Positions 26,101 to 39,628 of a DNA stretch of 64,000 bases are shown one piece after another. Both the position numbers and the translations under genes were made by a program. Positions within the stretch are counted from its first letter, which is position 1, and each line of letters opens with the position of its first letter. The DNA is taken from the NCBI GenBank assembly GCA_965178125.1, contig OZ237743.1, positions 744,001 through 808,000 on the forward strand, read 5' to 3'. Source of the stretch: Bilabrum cf. latius. Taxonomy: Eukaryota. The notes beneath the pieces are model-generated. The model made no database searches and was not told where the DNA came from. It saw nothing but the letters and a program-made list of their open reading frames with translations.

Positions 26101-29100
26101 GAGTTGGCCGGTGTGGTCACTCGCGCAGGCGACGGAGGGCAAGGCTACTACATTTTCGCGGTGAGTGCGGATATGGGCACCGCCGCGATCTACACGGTCA
26201 CCAACGGGGTATGGAGCAACTAGACGCTCTGCTCCAGCGCAGACCCTGTGCCATCAAGCGCAGGTGGAGCTGGCGGCGTGGGCGAGGCCTCTCTGACCGG
26301 CCTGTCTGCCAACAGCTGGGTCATGCTGTCGCTGGAGGTCACCGAGGACGGCATGCTGATGGGTAGCTTCAACGACAGGGTCGTGTGCACCGCCAAGGAC
26401 TCCCGCTACAGGTTCGGTTCCGCCGGCATGTGGGTTTCTGGAGCTGTCCCCGCGGCCGCATTCCGCGATTTCTCGGTGAGCCGCGTGGACCCGAACTGCG
26501 GCGGCACCAAGGACAGGGTCTGCTACGACCTCACCGAGGGGAGGTCCTGCTGGTTGTAGTGCGATGCAGGGTACTACTCCACTGGAAGCACGAAGCGAAC
26601 CTGCGAGCGGACAGGCGCTAGCTCCATCGCCTTCAATGGGACCAGCATCGGGTGCATGCTCAAGGCTCCCGAGTTCCCCGCCGGTGTGATCGAGCTAGAT
26701 GCCCCTGAAAACCTGCAGAGGGGCGATGCCGTCGGTAGCACGCTCAATGCCACTGTGGATGAAGGCAGCGGACTGACCATCATCTATGAGATCCTCGCGG
26801 GCAATGACCTGGGCATCTTCGAGATCGACGGGTGCTCCGGACAGCTCTTGCTGGTGGAGGAAGCGCTCGATTTCGAGAACCCGCAGCGCAACTACTTTAC
26901 GCTGCTCATCAACGCCTACATCGTGGGCAGCCCGCAGCAGGCCAACTCCACGAAGACCGTGTACGTCAACGTGCTTGACTCGAACGACCCTCCCATCGCT
27001 GGGGATGCCCAGATGACCGTGCCCGAGAACTCTGTTGCCAACACGCTCGTCGGCCGGTTGGTGGCCCAGGACCCCGAGGACGACGAGCTTACCTACTCGA
27101 TGCAGTTCGGGGACAGCAGGAGGTTCAAGATCGACCCCGATGGGTCAGTGCGTGTCATCGAGGATGCGCTGGCACTGGACTTCGAAAGTCCAGAGAACAG
27201 CTTCAACATCCTGTACCGCGCCGAAGATTCGGACGATCCCACCGTGTACGGCGAAGGGTTCCTGACCATCCTGATCACAAATGTGAACGAGCCCCCAGTC
27301 CTTGTGTCGGACGACACTTACATCGTCGATGAGACTCTGTACGACTTCAACATCACGCTGGGGGACGATGTGAGGGTGGCCGACCCGGATGCAGGCGACT
27401 CTGCAACCTTTACTGTGGGTTCTGGCGGATCTGCCAGCGGGCTGTTCAGCGTGGATGCCAGCGGTCGCGTGTTCGCGGCATCTTCCGCGTCTGCTGAGCG
27501 GTTCATCGACATCCTTGCCTTCGAGCAGGACGGCAGGCAGATCAAGGCCAAGGACACGCTGACAATCACTGCAAGGGACCAGGGCGGGCGGACTGCAGTG
27601 CAAGAGCTGACTCTCTATGTGACCGCCAACATCACAACGGCTGACCCGATCATCTCCGGTGTCGTCCTCGACGACGGGACTGGTGGTGCCACTGGCGGCG
27701 GTGAGGGCGAGGAGGAGGTTGGCGGTCTGTTTGACGACTTCAGGCTCGACACGACCGGCGGGCAGGTCGTTTTCTTCTATGGCAGCAACATCCTTGTCAA
27801 AGAAGCGGACCCTTGGGCCGTGGTCACCGCGCGAGCACTGGATGGTGCTGGCGTGTCCTCTGGTCTGGAGTACACCGTGGAATGCAGGTTCCAAGGCGTG
27901 AACGAGTCCCAGCTGTACGGCATCGAGGATTCTGGCCCACCTGATGGCGAAGACACCAGCAGCGGCGGCGGCGGCGACAGCGGCGGTCTGGGCGGCGAGG
28001 GCAATTCTACGGAGCCAATTGAGCCTGTTGGTCGAGTGATCGATCAAAACGTGCCTTACATCGCATGCTTGACGCCTGCGGGTGCAGGCACTGGGTGGCG
28101 CTGGAACCTGTGGATCCGCTTCAGCCCAACGACCGTGCGCAATGCGTCTTCCAACATCCCACTGATCCACACGTACGAAGCGCCATCGCCTATTTCGGTG
28201 GCCGACGAGAATGCGCAGCGTGTGATGAACACGATCGGAGATGACACCTTTTTCCTCTCTGGCCAGAACTTCGGACCCCCCGTGTATGCAACCATCGCTG
28301 GCGCGGTGCGTGTGACATACGGCCCTGTGGGAGGAGAGAACAAGTACGTGGCGCAGGTGGTCAGCGTTGACCAGGACGTGATCGAGGTGCGCACAGCGCC
28401 TGGATCCGGCGGGTGGCACTCGTGGATGGTGGAGGTGGCCGGTCAGTCCGGAGTGATTCAGGGTGCCCCGGAGGACGACGGAACGAGGTACTTGTCGCCT
28501 AACCCGACCGACCTCACTCTCTTCATCGCATCTGCTGAGAACGGGCCTGACGAGCTGTTGACTCGTGGCGGGCAGACTGTGGTAGTTGACGGTGACCAGT
28601 TCGGGCCTGCTGGGTCTCCCCTTGACGTGCAGTTCCGGCTGCGCTCCAGCTCTGTGGAATGGGCGAACCAGACGTTCGATCGGCTGATCACGCTGCAGTT
28701 TACCAGCTGCTAGCATAACCCTTTGAACCCGCACACGCAGCTCATCTGCACGACCCCGGCGGGGTCAGGTTCAGGGTTCTCTCTTTGGGTCTCTGTCGAT
28801 GGGTAGGCTGATGTGCTGTCGTAGCCCCAGTCAGGGCTACCCTTCGGCTACGCCAAGCCCATCGTAACGGCCGTTGGCGGTGCCGGCGCCGTTGACGCGA
28901 ACACTGAAGGTGGCTAGGTCATCCGCATTGACGGTGTGTCCTTCGGACCAGCGCAGCTGCCCCCTGCCAGCCAGTACCCTACCCCTGTGCGAGTGTACTA
29001 CGGTGGTGCCGATGCCGACGAGTACGAGGCAGTTGGGTGCCGTATGGTGGCAGCAGGTACCTCCGGAGCGGCGCTGCTTGAGACGCACATCACCTGCGAG

Positions 29101-32100
29101 ACTGCCCCGGGCACAGGCCGTGGCCATGCCCTCGTCGTGGAGGTGTCGGGCCAGAGGAGCGAGGTGCCGTACCTGCGACCAACGGAGGGCATCACGTACG
29201 GCCCGCCCGTGCTCGCCTCTTTCCAAGCTAGTCCCAGCGCACCAACTGGGTCTGATGTTGTGGGTGCTGCCGATACGGCCGGATCTGAGGAGATCATGAT
29301 CAACGGCAGGAACTTTGGCAGGTGGACTGATCGCTTGATGGTGGCGTACTACAAGGAAATAGAGACGCCGCTTAACGACGATGGGTCGAGTGGAGCAGGA
29401 GAGCTGGCCGGTGGACCCAACGAGGACGTTATCCGTTTCGAGCCGGCGGTGGGCTCCTGCGTGGTGCTCGTACCTGACAGGCAGATCAGGTGCACGACCG
29501 GCGCCGGGGCGGGTGCCTCTCTCAATTGGATCATTACCGTGGACGGACAGAACAGCAGTAACCCAGTGACTGCGTACGCAGCTCCGGTGCTCACCTCGGT
29601 GCACGCGCAAGGGCAGCTGTCGACGTCCATCCCGCCGCCCGGCCTGTCTACTGACGGCGGCGAGCGTCTCTCAATCGTGGGCATGCACTTCGGACCCAGT
29701 GGAGACGACTTCAACGGGGACACAGGCCTCGTGCAGCGGGTCGCTTACGGGATCGGTGGCGTGGCCTTGAGCGGTATCACCGGCAAGCAGCCCGGAAACG
29801 CGTCCTCCTCCTCCCAGCCTCAGTCCGGTACCGTGTACGAGCCGATCGACTACGAGGTAGTTTCCCATACCCGCGTGGATGTTGTGTTGCCCCCCAGCAT
29901 CGGAGAGGGTCACTGCTTCGGCATGCTCGTTGCGGACCAGGAGACTGTGGCAGACCCCACTTCGTCCCCCGCGAGGTACTGCTTCGACTTCGCGCCTCCT
30001 CAGGTAACATCTCTGACCCCGAGGCGCTCCGGTAGCAACCCAGACGGCGCGACCATGACGATCCGGGGCACGAACCTGGGACTGAGGGACCCCACGGCTG
30101 ACGTGCTCGTGATCATGGGCGTGGGAGAGGCGGGCCCTGGCGTGAGTGTGCTGGCTCCCTCCGCCCGGACCCCGAGCATCGACCAGGTGCAGGCGGCCGT
30201 GAGCACTGGCAGCCCCACGTGGTACAACAACCTGCCTGCAGCAGCCGCCCAGTCCATCACCGTGCCCATACCCGCTGGCGTGGGCAAGGACATCCCAGTG
30301 AGGGTCATGACCTACACACCGCCGTCACAGTCGACCGGACGAAGGTCCCAGGATGTGGCTCTGTCACGGTTCAGCTACGATGCACCTGTGGTCGACTTCG
30401 TGCTGCTTCGCAGGGTGGATCCTTCCGACCCCCAGGAGGTGTTCGCTGCTCGTCGCGCTCTCGGTAATTCAGTCGTGGATGGGGCCCCGACTGGCCCTAA
30501 TGGCACGACCTCTGCAAGTAACAGCGTGCTGGATCAGCTCCGCATCGTTGAGGTGATCGGCCAGAACTTTGGGCCCTCCATGCTGGGCAGCGCTGTTGAG
30601 ACTACCGAGGTTGGCGGTGCTGGCATCACTGTGACCACTGATGCCGCCGCGGAGCTGCCTTTGTTCGTGGCAGTGGCTCGCAATATGACCACGGACCAAC
30701 CTTTCTGGAGGCACGATCGCATCGAGCTGATCACCTCTGTGTCGCAGGGCAACTTGCGGGTGGTGACGAGACCGACTCGGTCCACACCGGCAGTCAACTG
30801 GCAGGCCAGCAACACCGCCGAGTACCGTCAGGAGAGCCCCCGTGTGTTTGGTCTGGTGGGGAAGCAGGACGGTTTCCTCACCCAGGGTGGGGAGATCCTG
30901 CACGTCAGGATCGGGAACCTGCAGGCAGCCGAGACCTTGCGCATCGAGGTGGGGCTACAGGGGGGCATCTGCCCCATCACCGACTCAAACGGCAACGCCA
31001 GGACACCAGCGCAGGTAGCCACCGACATCCAGTCGCAGACTGACAACGCCCCTGACGCCAACAACGTTCTGTTCGACATATACTGCCGATTGCCCGAGGG
31101 CCAGGGCACCGACAATCCGCTTGTGGTCTACCGAGGTGAGACGCCCGGCCAGTCGGACTCCATCCGCGTGGCGTATGCCGCCCCCACGATCACTTCCATC
31201 TCCATGCGAGCGACTTCGTCCGACGGATGGACGGTGGTCTCCTCTGGCGCCAACCTTGACTCGAGCCCCGTGCGCATCCCCTCCCGCGGTGGACAGATCC
31301 GCATCCGCGGCGAAAACCTCGGGATCGCTCCTCAACTGGTGCACGGTCGCAACGGCGCCGAGGCCTCGTGGGTTCTGCTTGGCAACATGACCAGCATCCG
31401 CCAGTCGGGTGGTGCCACGGCAATCAGTCGCAGCCACACTGAGATTGTGATCGGGCTGGGCGAAGGCGTGGGCAACGGCGTGGCCGAGACCGGGTCTGCC
31501 GACGGGTACGTCCTTGACATCATGGTTGGCGACCAGCCCACGGCCGTCTCGCCTCGCGTCTGGTACCGCATCCCGTCCGTGTCGTCGTTCCAGGCTGCTG
31601 ACCGTCCCACCCTCGGAGGCAACTTGGTGATCATCGATGGCAACGATTTCGGCACTCTGCTTGAGTCAGAGGTGCCAGTCGTGCGCATCGGAGGCAGGGT
31701 GTGCACCAACACCGCCCGTGTCGCTTCCCACTCGAGACTGTCATGCGACGCACCTGCGGGCACTGGGCTCGAGCTGGACATCGAAGTGGAGATCGGCGGG
31801 CAGATCGGCACGGGAGCTCGGCTCTATTCGTACAACCCTCCGACCATCTCTGCGGCCGTGGTCTCAGAGACGCCCTCGTTCCAGGGCCCCAGGCCGGAAG
31901 GCAGCTTCGACTTTGGCGGCCCCTCGTTGGGAGGCTTCAACATCACGCTCACTGGTACCGACTTCGGCGATCCATCCATTGCTGGTGCCGCCGGGACTGA
32001 GCGCGGTCTCTGCGTCTTTTTGCCTGCACTGTCTGACGCGCAGCTTGCGTGCGATGGACGTTTGAATAACCCGTGGGAGGGGGAGGTGTGGAGCGGCCAC

Positions 32101-35100
32101 ATCCGGGTGCATTCCCATGGGCGCTTGGTGGTGGAGATGCCCCCAGGCATGGGCAACCGGCGCTTCGTGCTGTACATTGGCGGGCACACCGTGACCATGC
32201 AGGCAAGCACTCTCGGTAACAACAACGTGGGCGAGCCTCGCGCGATGGAAGCTGCCGATGGAGCCGCGCTGATGTCCTACGACGCGCCCGTCGTGACTGC
32301 GATGACTCCTCAGACCGGCAGTACCGCGGGACGGGTTGAGGTCACGCTCACCGGATACGGGTTCGGCTGGGGCTCAACGGTCGCTGCCAACGGGGAAAGA
32401 AACACGAGCGAGGTGCTACCGTCTCGCCGCCTTCAGGGTTTCAGCCCGTACGGTAACGGAGGCGCGCCCCTGCCGCTTCCCTCCGTTCCTTTGACCGCCG
32501 ACCCCGAGGAGTCGGCTCTGGCGAAGGACTTCCCGCCTCCGTACATGGTCCGGGTAGACTTTGCTCAGGGGTGCGTGTCGAGTGCTGTGACCCCAATCAG
32601 CGCACAAATTCCTGGGAATATCGGCGAGCTGTCCAGCTGCGAGCGGGAGCAGGACGGCTTTGGCGTGGTGGGCCACGGTGACTTGGAGCTGAAGTTCATG
32701 TCTCTGCCCGGCATCGGTGTCGAGAAGGAGGTGCGCATCGTGGTGATCGGTCCTGATGGCACCATCGTGTCGAGGAGCAACCCCGTCCGCTGGAGCTTCG
32801 ACCCCCCCGTCATCACCGACATCCGGCCGAACATCCTGCGGATGAAGCGCCACCCGTGGCTGGACGATGACACAGCTACCATCGTGCCACCACCTGGCGT
32901 GGACCCAGAGTTGGCAGCCGAGGACGCGGAGGACCTGCGAACTCGCAGCTCTATCTTGACGATCGTTGGCAGGAACTTTGGCCCACTTGATACGCGCGGA
33001 TGGACGGACCAAGAGCGTGTGCTGCAGGTGTGGGTGGACGGCCGCCCCTGCCGCAATCCCATCCGCTCGCTGGACACGCGCGGGTCGCTGCTCGACAACG
33101 CCGGCACACCCGAGGAGCAGCAGATCGTCACTTGTTCCCTGGAGTGGCTCGAGGTCGGATACAAGCCCATCAACATCACCGTGGCGGGACAGACATCGGC
33201 AGCCACGCCCGGGTTCGCATTTGAGACGGTGTGCGCGGCGGGTTACTACGGCCAGCCTGGGGAACACTGTATCTCCTGCCCGCTGGGGGCACAGTGCGAC
33301 GGGTACAACGACGGGTTCATCGGGTTCACCAACTTCACAGTTCCACTCATGTACCAGGACGGGCAGCCCAACCCCGAGCTGGCTGCCTAGCGCACCGGCT
33401 GCCTCGCGTGCCAGTCCGAGCCCCGCTCCATCCCCGGGTACTTCAACCTTCTCGGCCTCGAGGATCCCGACGGCCGCAGCGAGAGCTTCTGTAATGACGC
33501 CCGTGTGCCCACTCGCGACCCCCCCAACTGCAACACGATGGCGCCCTGCGAGCCCCCGGAGGCCTGTCTGGGCAACAACGAGTGCGCCGTGGGGTACAGC
33601 GCCGAGCGGTGGCCCTTCCGCTGCTCGCAGTGCGCCGAGGGGTACTACAAGAGGTCTGGGCTGTGCGTGGAATGCCCCGACAACCCGGAGGTGTTCATCG
33701 TGCTGTTCATCATCGCTGCCATGGTGGGTGCGTTCGCCGCGTTCGCGCTCAACCGGGCCCAGGTGAACATCGCCTTCATCTCGATCGGCACTGACTACTT
33801 CCAGGTGGTGGCCACTCTGGCTTCGAGCCGGGTGCGCTGGCCGGAGATGCTAGAGGAGCTCTTCCACGTGCTGTCTGCCTTCAACCTGAACATCGAGCTG
33901 ACGGCGCCTGAGTGCATCGTGCCTGACGTGGACTTTGTCGAGAAATGGACTGCTTTCGTGCTGCTGATCCCAGCCATCTTCATGATGCTGCTGGCCGTCA
34001 ACTATGGCTACTCAGCGTACAAGGTGTTCTGCAGGGGCTCCGACAAGCACAAGGCATTCTCGCACACTGGACAGCTCGTGCAGATGTCCCTTCTGCTGCT
34101 GTACTTCTCGTTCTACCCGATGGTCCGGATTGTATTCGACGCACTGAACTGCAGCGCCAGCGGCAATCCCGTGGAAAGGGACCGGAACGGCGACCCGATC
34201 ATGTACCTGCAGGCCGTGCACGAGCCCTGCGATCTCAAGGGCGGAGTGCACCAGACCCTGCTGCCGTGGGCCATTGTGGCCATGATTGCTTACGCCGTGA
34301 TCTACCCTGGCTTCATGGCCTACGCGCACTACTACAACCGGAGGCTGTTCATGATCGACCAGCTGCTGCGCGCCATGGGCCGCGGCGAGACCAGGGAGGA
34401 GAACCGCCTTGCCTTCGACGTGCGCAAGATGTACTCGCGGACCTATTACCAGCTGAGGCCCGACTACGTGCATTGGATCTTCGTGCTGCTGGCCCGCAAG
34501 TTCGTGCTGGCCATCACCTCGCTGCTGTACGTGCGCACGCCCTCCCTGCAGATGGCCTCAGCACTCCTCGTGGTCTTCTTCGCGTACACCATGCAGGTCA
34601 TCTACAACCCGTTCATGTCTCCCGCTCGCTTCCCCAACGAGCTCAAGGAGCACGAGAGGCTAGCCAAGGAGGGTCACCCGGTGCACCAGAAGCTGCGCGA
34701 CGACATCCGAGGCATGATGCGGCACTGGCGCAAGTCCGGGCACAGCAACACGATGGTGGCTGGGGCGCCCAAGGAGCTGACGCTGGAGCGGGCCGGCGAG
34801 ATGCTGGTGCAGGGTGCTTTCGACTACAACACGCTTGAGGCGACTCTGCTTGCGTGTGCCCTGCTGGTGATGCTGTCCGGCGTGATGTTTGAGGCGCTCG
34901 CCGAGGAGGACAGCAGGGAGACGGAGAGGGAGGGGCTGGCCATCCTGGTGGTGGTGATCATCGCGTCCAGCATCATCTACTTCTTCTTTGTCGTGTGCGC
35001 GGAGGTGTACAACATCATCTCCGTGAGGAATGCCAAGGAGGCCGCGCTAGAGGGCAAGAAGGATGCGTTCAAGAAGAGGCCCAGCGTCAGCAGTGGCATC

Positions 35101-35697
35101 GGCGACGCGCCCAAGATCCGCGATGCTGCGGGAGAGTACGCTGACGTGCCCCAAGTGAACGCCAACGACCAGCAGATGAACCCCATGTTCCTCAAGATGC
35201 AGAAGAAGAAGAAGAAGGACGGAGAGGGGGGCGAGTCTATCGACCCCGAGGCAGGTGGCGTCGATGATGGCACCGTCCGGGCCATGCTCGAGGCACCCGA
35301 CCAGGGCGTCTGGATGGTGCTTCGGGAGCAGTACCTTGCCATGTCCGACCAGGTCAAGGAGCTGCGCGTCAGGGTGCGTGATGCAGAGATGGACGCCGCT
35401 GCGGGCGCTGCCGACCCCTCGTCCAGCACCAGGATGGCTGCCGCAGCAACCCAGGGCCGAAGGAAGGTGAGGATGGGCGGTCGCCGCCGAGCCTTCGGGC
35501 AGCAGGCCGCGGGGACCGGAAGGGAGAGCGGTGCCGTGTCTACCACTGGAACTGGGGCTCGCGAACGCTCGCCGAGCATTGCCTCTGGTGGAAGCGGTGG
35601 CAGCGGCGGGATGACCCTGAACGCGATGCGCGCCGGCATGAAGGGCCGCCGCGGGTCTGGCCGGAAGCTCCTCGACGGTGGAGGTGACGGCAAGTGA
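23127..35697 (+). CDS. Giant cell-surface adhesion/receptor-like protein (~4,106 aa): signal peptide, ConA/LamG-like lectin domains, DCGGPC motif, Sushi domains, cadherin repeats, many IPT/TIG domains, Cys-rich region, multi-TM C-terminal domain; exons 23127-23235, 23327-23403, 23563-35697
   Basis: Signal-like MILAYIALLSSLASG; cadherin motifs LDFE, DSNDPP, NVNEPP, DPDAGD; Sushi C..CSSGF...G...RRC..GG.WSG..LVC; repeated IPT motifs (T.GG..I.G.NFG, CxTPAGxG, VxGQ); 7 or more hydrophobic helices after ~33690. Eleven in-frame TAGs in exon 3; ends in TGA at 35695-35697. Confidence 0.85.
23236..23326 (+). other. Spliceosomal intron (91 bp, GTGAGA...CTGCAG)
   Basis: Removal joins the signal-peptide exon in frame to GEYRVLDVGT... 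Confidence 0.6.
23404..23562 (+). other. Spliceosomal intron (159 bp, GTAAGA...TCGCAG)
   Basis: Canonical ends, phase 0. Joins ...NWRQTNNYIEQ to TLNTAARR... Confidence 0.6.
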
Positions 35698-36215
35698 GCA
35701 GGCACGGAGTTACGCAATTCTCCGCGCTTGCTATGTGACAGAAGGGTGCTGATGACATGCCGGGGCGGGCATGTGTCATCATCACGTGCCTGGTTTGATG
35801 GTTTTTAGGTGGGGAGAGAGGACTGGCTGCCGAGTCTGCCCTTTGGCAGGATCTGGCTGACGTTGCTGTCAGTCAGTCCCTTGTCGCAGAAAGTGGCGGC
35901 CTGCACTCCTGGGGATGGTTAGTAAATACTTTTGCTTTTGCTAGTTCAATGAACGTTTGCGATCTTGATCGGTGACGCTTGTCGCCACCCTTTGTGATGT
36001 TCGCTGCGCCTTCAGCATTCCGCGTTATCCCGGTCTTGTCACTTGGTTTTCTACATGTGGTGATTCTGGGGTTGGATTGACTGATTGTAACAGCGTTTAT
36101 AGTGCGATAACTCTCCAATTCATGCAGAAACAAGAATGTTTTCTCCGAATCCATTCCTGATGAAAGTGCACCCAAGCAACGGTGGACGACGGCGTCCACC
36201 CTCACATTGTGAAGC

Positions 36216-39200
36216 TCACACAGTCCTGGCCACCTTGACCCCTTCCCACATCTAGGGATCCACGTCGACACAAACACGCCCACGGATCGGGTCGACATCA
36301 CCACACGCCTTCTGGCCCGTGTACAGAGACGCAGCGGCTCCCGCTGAAGTGACTGTGACGTCGCAGGACGTGCTGCCCAACCAGGGTACGCACACGCGAG
36401 CCATCGTGCTGGGAGGGAAAGAGGCCCTCACCTCAACAGAGCCGCCCGTGCCATCCGAGCAGCCGCTTCCGGTGCAGTTGAACCCCACGGCCACCGGGCC
36501 ACGGACCGTTGGAATGGCGCCTTCCGCCCACGGCAGGCCGGCGGGCTGCGGCGCGACTTCGACCTTGGAGAAACCGGGCGCTGCTGCCCTCACGCCCAGG
36601 ATGATGTTCATGGCCAGCGACACAGGGGCGGTAGCCCACGGATGGGACCAAGAAAGGTTGGGCTTCTCAGTCACGGTCCATGCCTCCCTGGTCATCGTGG
36701 CACCGACCGAGAGCATGTGAGCGAACGAGTGCTGCCCCTCCGCACTGGTGTTGAAGACGGCCTGCAAGGCGGTGGTTCCCTGCCCCGCACCAGGGGTGCC
36801 CCCAGCTGCACCAAGGCCATTGATCCACATGAAGGCGCCGTACACGCTCACGTGGCCCATGCCGGCGCTCTTGATACCCGAAGTGAGTCCTGCGATGCCC
36901 TTGGCACTCCCGGCCTCGGTGCCATTCGCCAAGGCACCGTAGATCAGCGGGAACATCTTTGAGTGCACCGCGCTGTGGCTGTTTGCGGAGCACACCGTAT
37001 CGCAGAAAGTTGCCTGCGTGGAGTCCCACATGTGCTTTGCCATGCCCAGGCGCACCCCCGCCGCCTGTGACTGGATGCGCTGGGCGAACGTGGCGTTGCC
37101 CATATCGGCCGCAATACTGGAAAGGGCATCTCCAGCCGCGCTGGCATGGGCCTGGATGACCAGACTGACGTCAGAGAACACGTAGCCGTCCCTATCTCCC
37201 TGTGGCCAGTCGATGATGTCCCGCGTGCCAGGCACCCTCGCTTTGCCTGTGAAGTTCACCAGGCCCGTCAATGGGTCCAAGTAGTCCTGCAGCATGGAGA
37301 ACTGGTACAGCCTATCGAAGAACTTCTTGCCGAGAGTAGAAGTGCCGGCATTCATGCGCTCCTGGCCCGCGACAATGCTCATGATCTGGAGGTACTCGGT
37401 CGGCCACGTGTGGTACAGCAGCACGTTCTCGGCGCTGTGCCTGCCCCACATGCTCTCTCGCTGCAGCGAATTGCGGTGCGCGAGGTTGACCAGCATGTCG
37501 CCCTCGTATGGCCTGCGCTCCCGCGTGTTCGAGTCGGTCACCGTGTCACCACTAGTGGCCCGCAGCGTCCGCTTGCACACTTCGAACAGGCTCGCCAGTC
37601 CGTCGTGCGGGGAGGAGAACCAGCCCTGGAAATCGGCGCTCGTGAGTTCTCCGAAAGCTGCACGAGCGCTCCTGGACACGCCGGAGGTACCGACCGGTGA
37701 TTCCCATTGCCCGGAGGGCGCGGGAGGCGACGGGCCCTCCTCCTCGTCCCAGGGGTACTGCAGTGTCCAGAGCTCCGCAGTGAACGGGACAGCCGCATCA
37801 AACTTCTGGTCGCCCGCACGCGCGCCGCGGATGGAGGATGAGGATGCCTCGCCGAGTTGGGTCGCCTGCTGCTCCACCGCGACTTCAAGAAACCTGAATT
37901 CCCAGTACTCCTGCAGGCCCATCACGGCGGGCGCGTTGCTGCTCCCCGATCCGATCACTAGGCAGCCTTCGCTGTCGACAGGGAACGTGAAGTGAGACTC
38001 GTAGGCGTTGTCGGTCCGCATGGGATACAGGATGTTCGTATCGCTCGGATCGGAGTCGTTGCCGTGGCTCAGCTCCTCGGAGGCTCGCACGCGAAGGGTC
38101 ACGAAGCCAGAGGCCGCCCGCCCCGCAGCGGAACCGGAGCAATGCGCGGCGCCGATCCACCCGATCCTCGGCAACGCCATCGCCTCCGCCCCAAAGTCCA
38201 CCAGCCACGTGGATTCGGAGCCGGAAACGGACACGATCCTGACGGGGCTGACCCCGGTCCCGACCCGCACCGCACGGCCCCTCTGGGTCTGCATGGGGGC
38301 GAAGAACCAGGAGGCTTCCTGCACCGGGCCCCACTGCAGGCCACTGGCCTTGTGCGCGGGATCCGCGTTGTACCCCGTCTCGCTGAAAGCAGCGCTCTCG
38401 AAGCTCACGGGGAACAAGCTTGCGTTGTACTTCTCCTGCACCATGCCGTACTACGGACCCACGTCCCCGCCCGCGTTGGTGACCGTCTCGAGGTCGAGTC
38501 CGGACCAGGCCGCGCAGGTGATCCCGTCGGGTGCAGCCCATTGCGGCGCGCACGTGCCGACGACCGCGTCGGCCGTTCCGCCGAGCCCGTGCGACAACTC
38601 GGAATCGGAGGTGGCACCAGCCCAAAGGTGCAGCTCCATCCAAGCTGCCGAAGCGTCGAGGCCGAGCGCCAGCGGAACCAGGCTCTGGTTCGCGGCGCCG
38701 CGCACCTGCTCGGTAACGTCAATGGCGTCCACTGGCTGGAGGAAGCCCCCCGCCGTGCCGGGGCCTCCTGGTGAGGCACTATTGTTGATCGGAGCAGACC
38801 CCCACCCGGTGTCTCCACGCCCCGGGCCCTGGGCCAGCGGCTGGCCGTCCACAAACAGCGTGTAGGCGCCGAGCAGTTGTCCTGGTCGTCTCGATGCTCT
38901 GTTCTGAGCCGTGATGAACGCCACTGCGCGGGACAGGGCGCGCCCGTCGAGCAGAGATTTCACGTCGATCGTGGATCGAAGCAGGCCGAATCGAGCAGAG
39001 TCTGTATCGATCGAGCCGGCTGGCTTGGGCGCAATGGGGCTGGCCAGTGAGGTCGATTGATTCATACCAGTCACGCTCGGGGTGCTCTCTGTGGACCAAC
39101 CAGAGCATGCTGAAGTGCCGTCCGGGAACTTGCCACACACTCGCACCTCCACGAATACGAGAGACGCGGCTGGAAGCCACGCCGCCCCGTCAAATTCGAT

Positions 39201-39515
39201 GACACTACGATCTGTTTGGACTACACCGCTATCGAACAGCAATTGCGTGCCGTCTGTGTCCCCAAAAATGCGAACCTAGCTCGAATTGAAGCTGGCCGTT
39301 GGGCCAACGCTCTGCATCGCGCTGCTTTGCCGCACAGCTGGTTGCGCCCAAGAAATGCTGGACGGATTTAGAGGAAAAGCAGAGGTAGGCAACGAGAGCC
39401 CGTCCACCTGGACTGAGAATGGTACGCTTGGATACGCCTGTCCAGGTGACAGATTCAATGAAACGCACAGCCCAGCCATCAACGCCGCAATAGCTCGGTG
39501 CTTAAAGTACTACAT
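36216..39515 (-). CDS. Secreted alpha-L-rhamnosidase-like glycoside hydrolase, GH78 family (~1,099 aa)
   Basis: GH78-type motifs WLVDFG.E, TDSNTRERRPYEGD, IIDWPQGDRDGY, GATMTREAW, NLSWSHPWATAP, IPTVRGPV. TAG at 39510 (codon 2), 39276, 38451 and 36252; readthrough gives the signal-like start MQYFKHRAIAALMAGLCVSL. Ends in TGA at 36216. Confidence 0.85.
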
Positions 39516-39628
39516 AATAGCGGCTTTATGTAGATGCTGTATTCAAGGCGTAGTTCTGCGCCCCACGCTGGTAGATCGTGGATCCACCAGGGCATAATTC
39601 CGTATTACTATGCAATTGTTACGTGCGA

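Noticed and set aside
27145-28734. Long antisense ORFs (529 aa here; also 12589..13806, 4211..5218, 41462..42502)
   Set aside because: Shadow ORFs caused by high GC and codon bias of the real gene on the opposite strand; no recognisable motifs.
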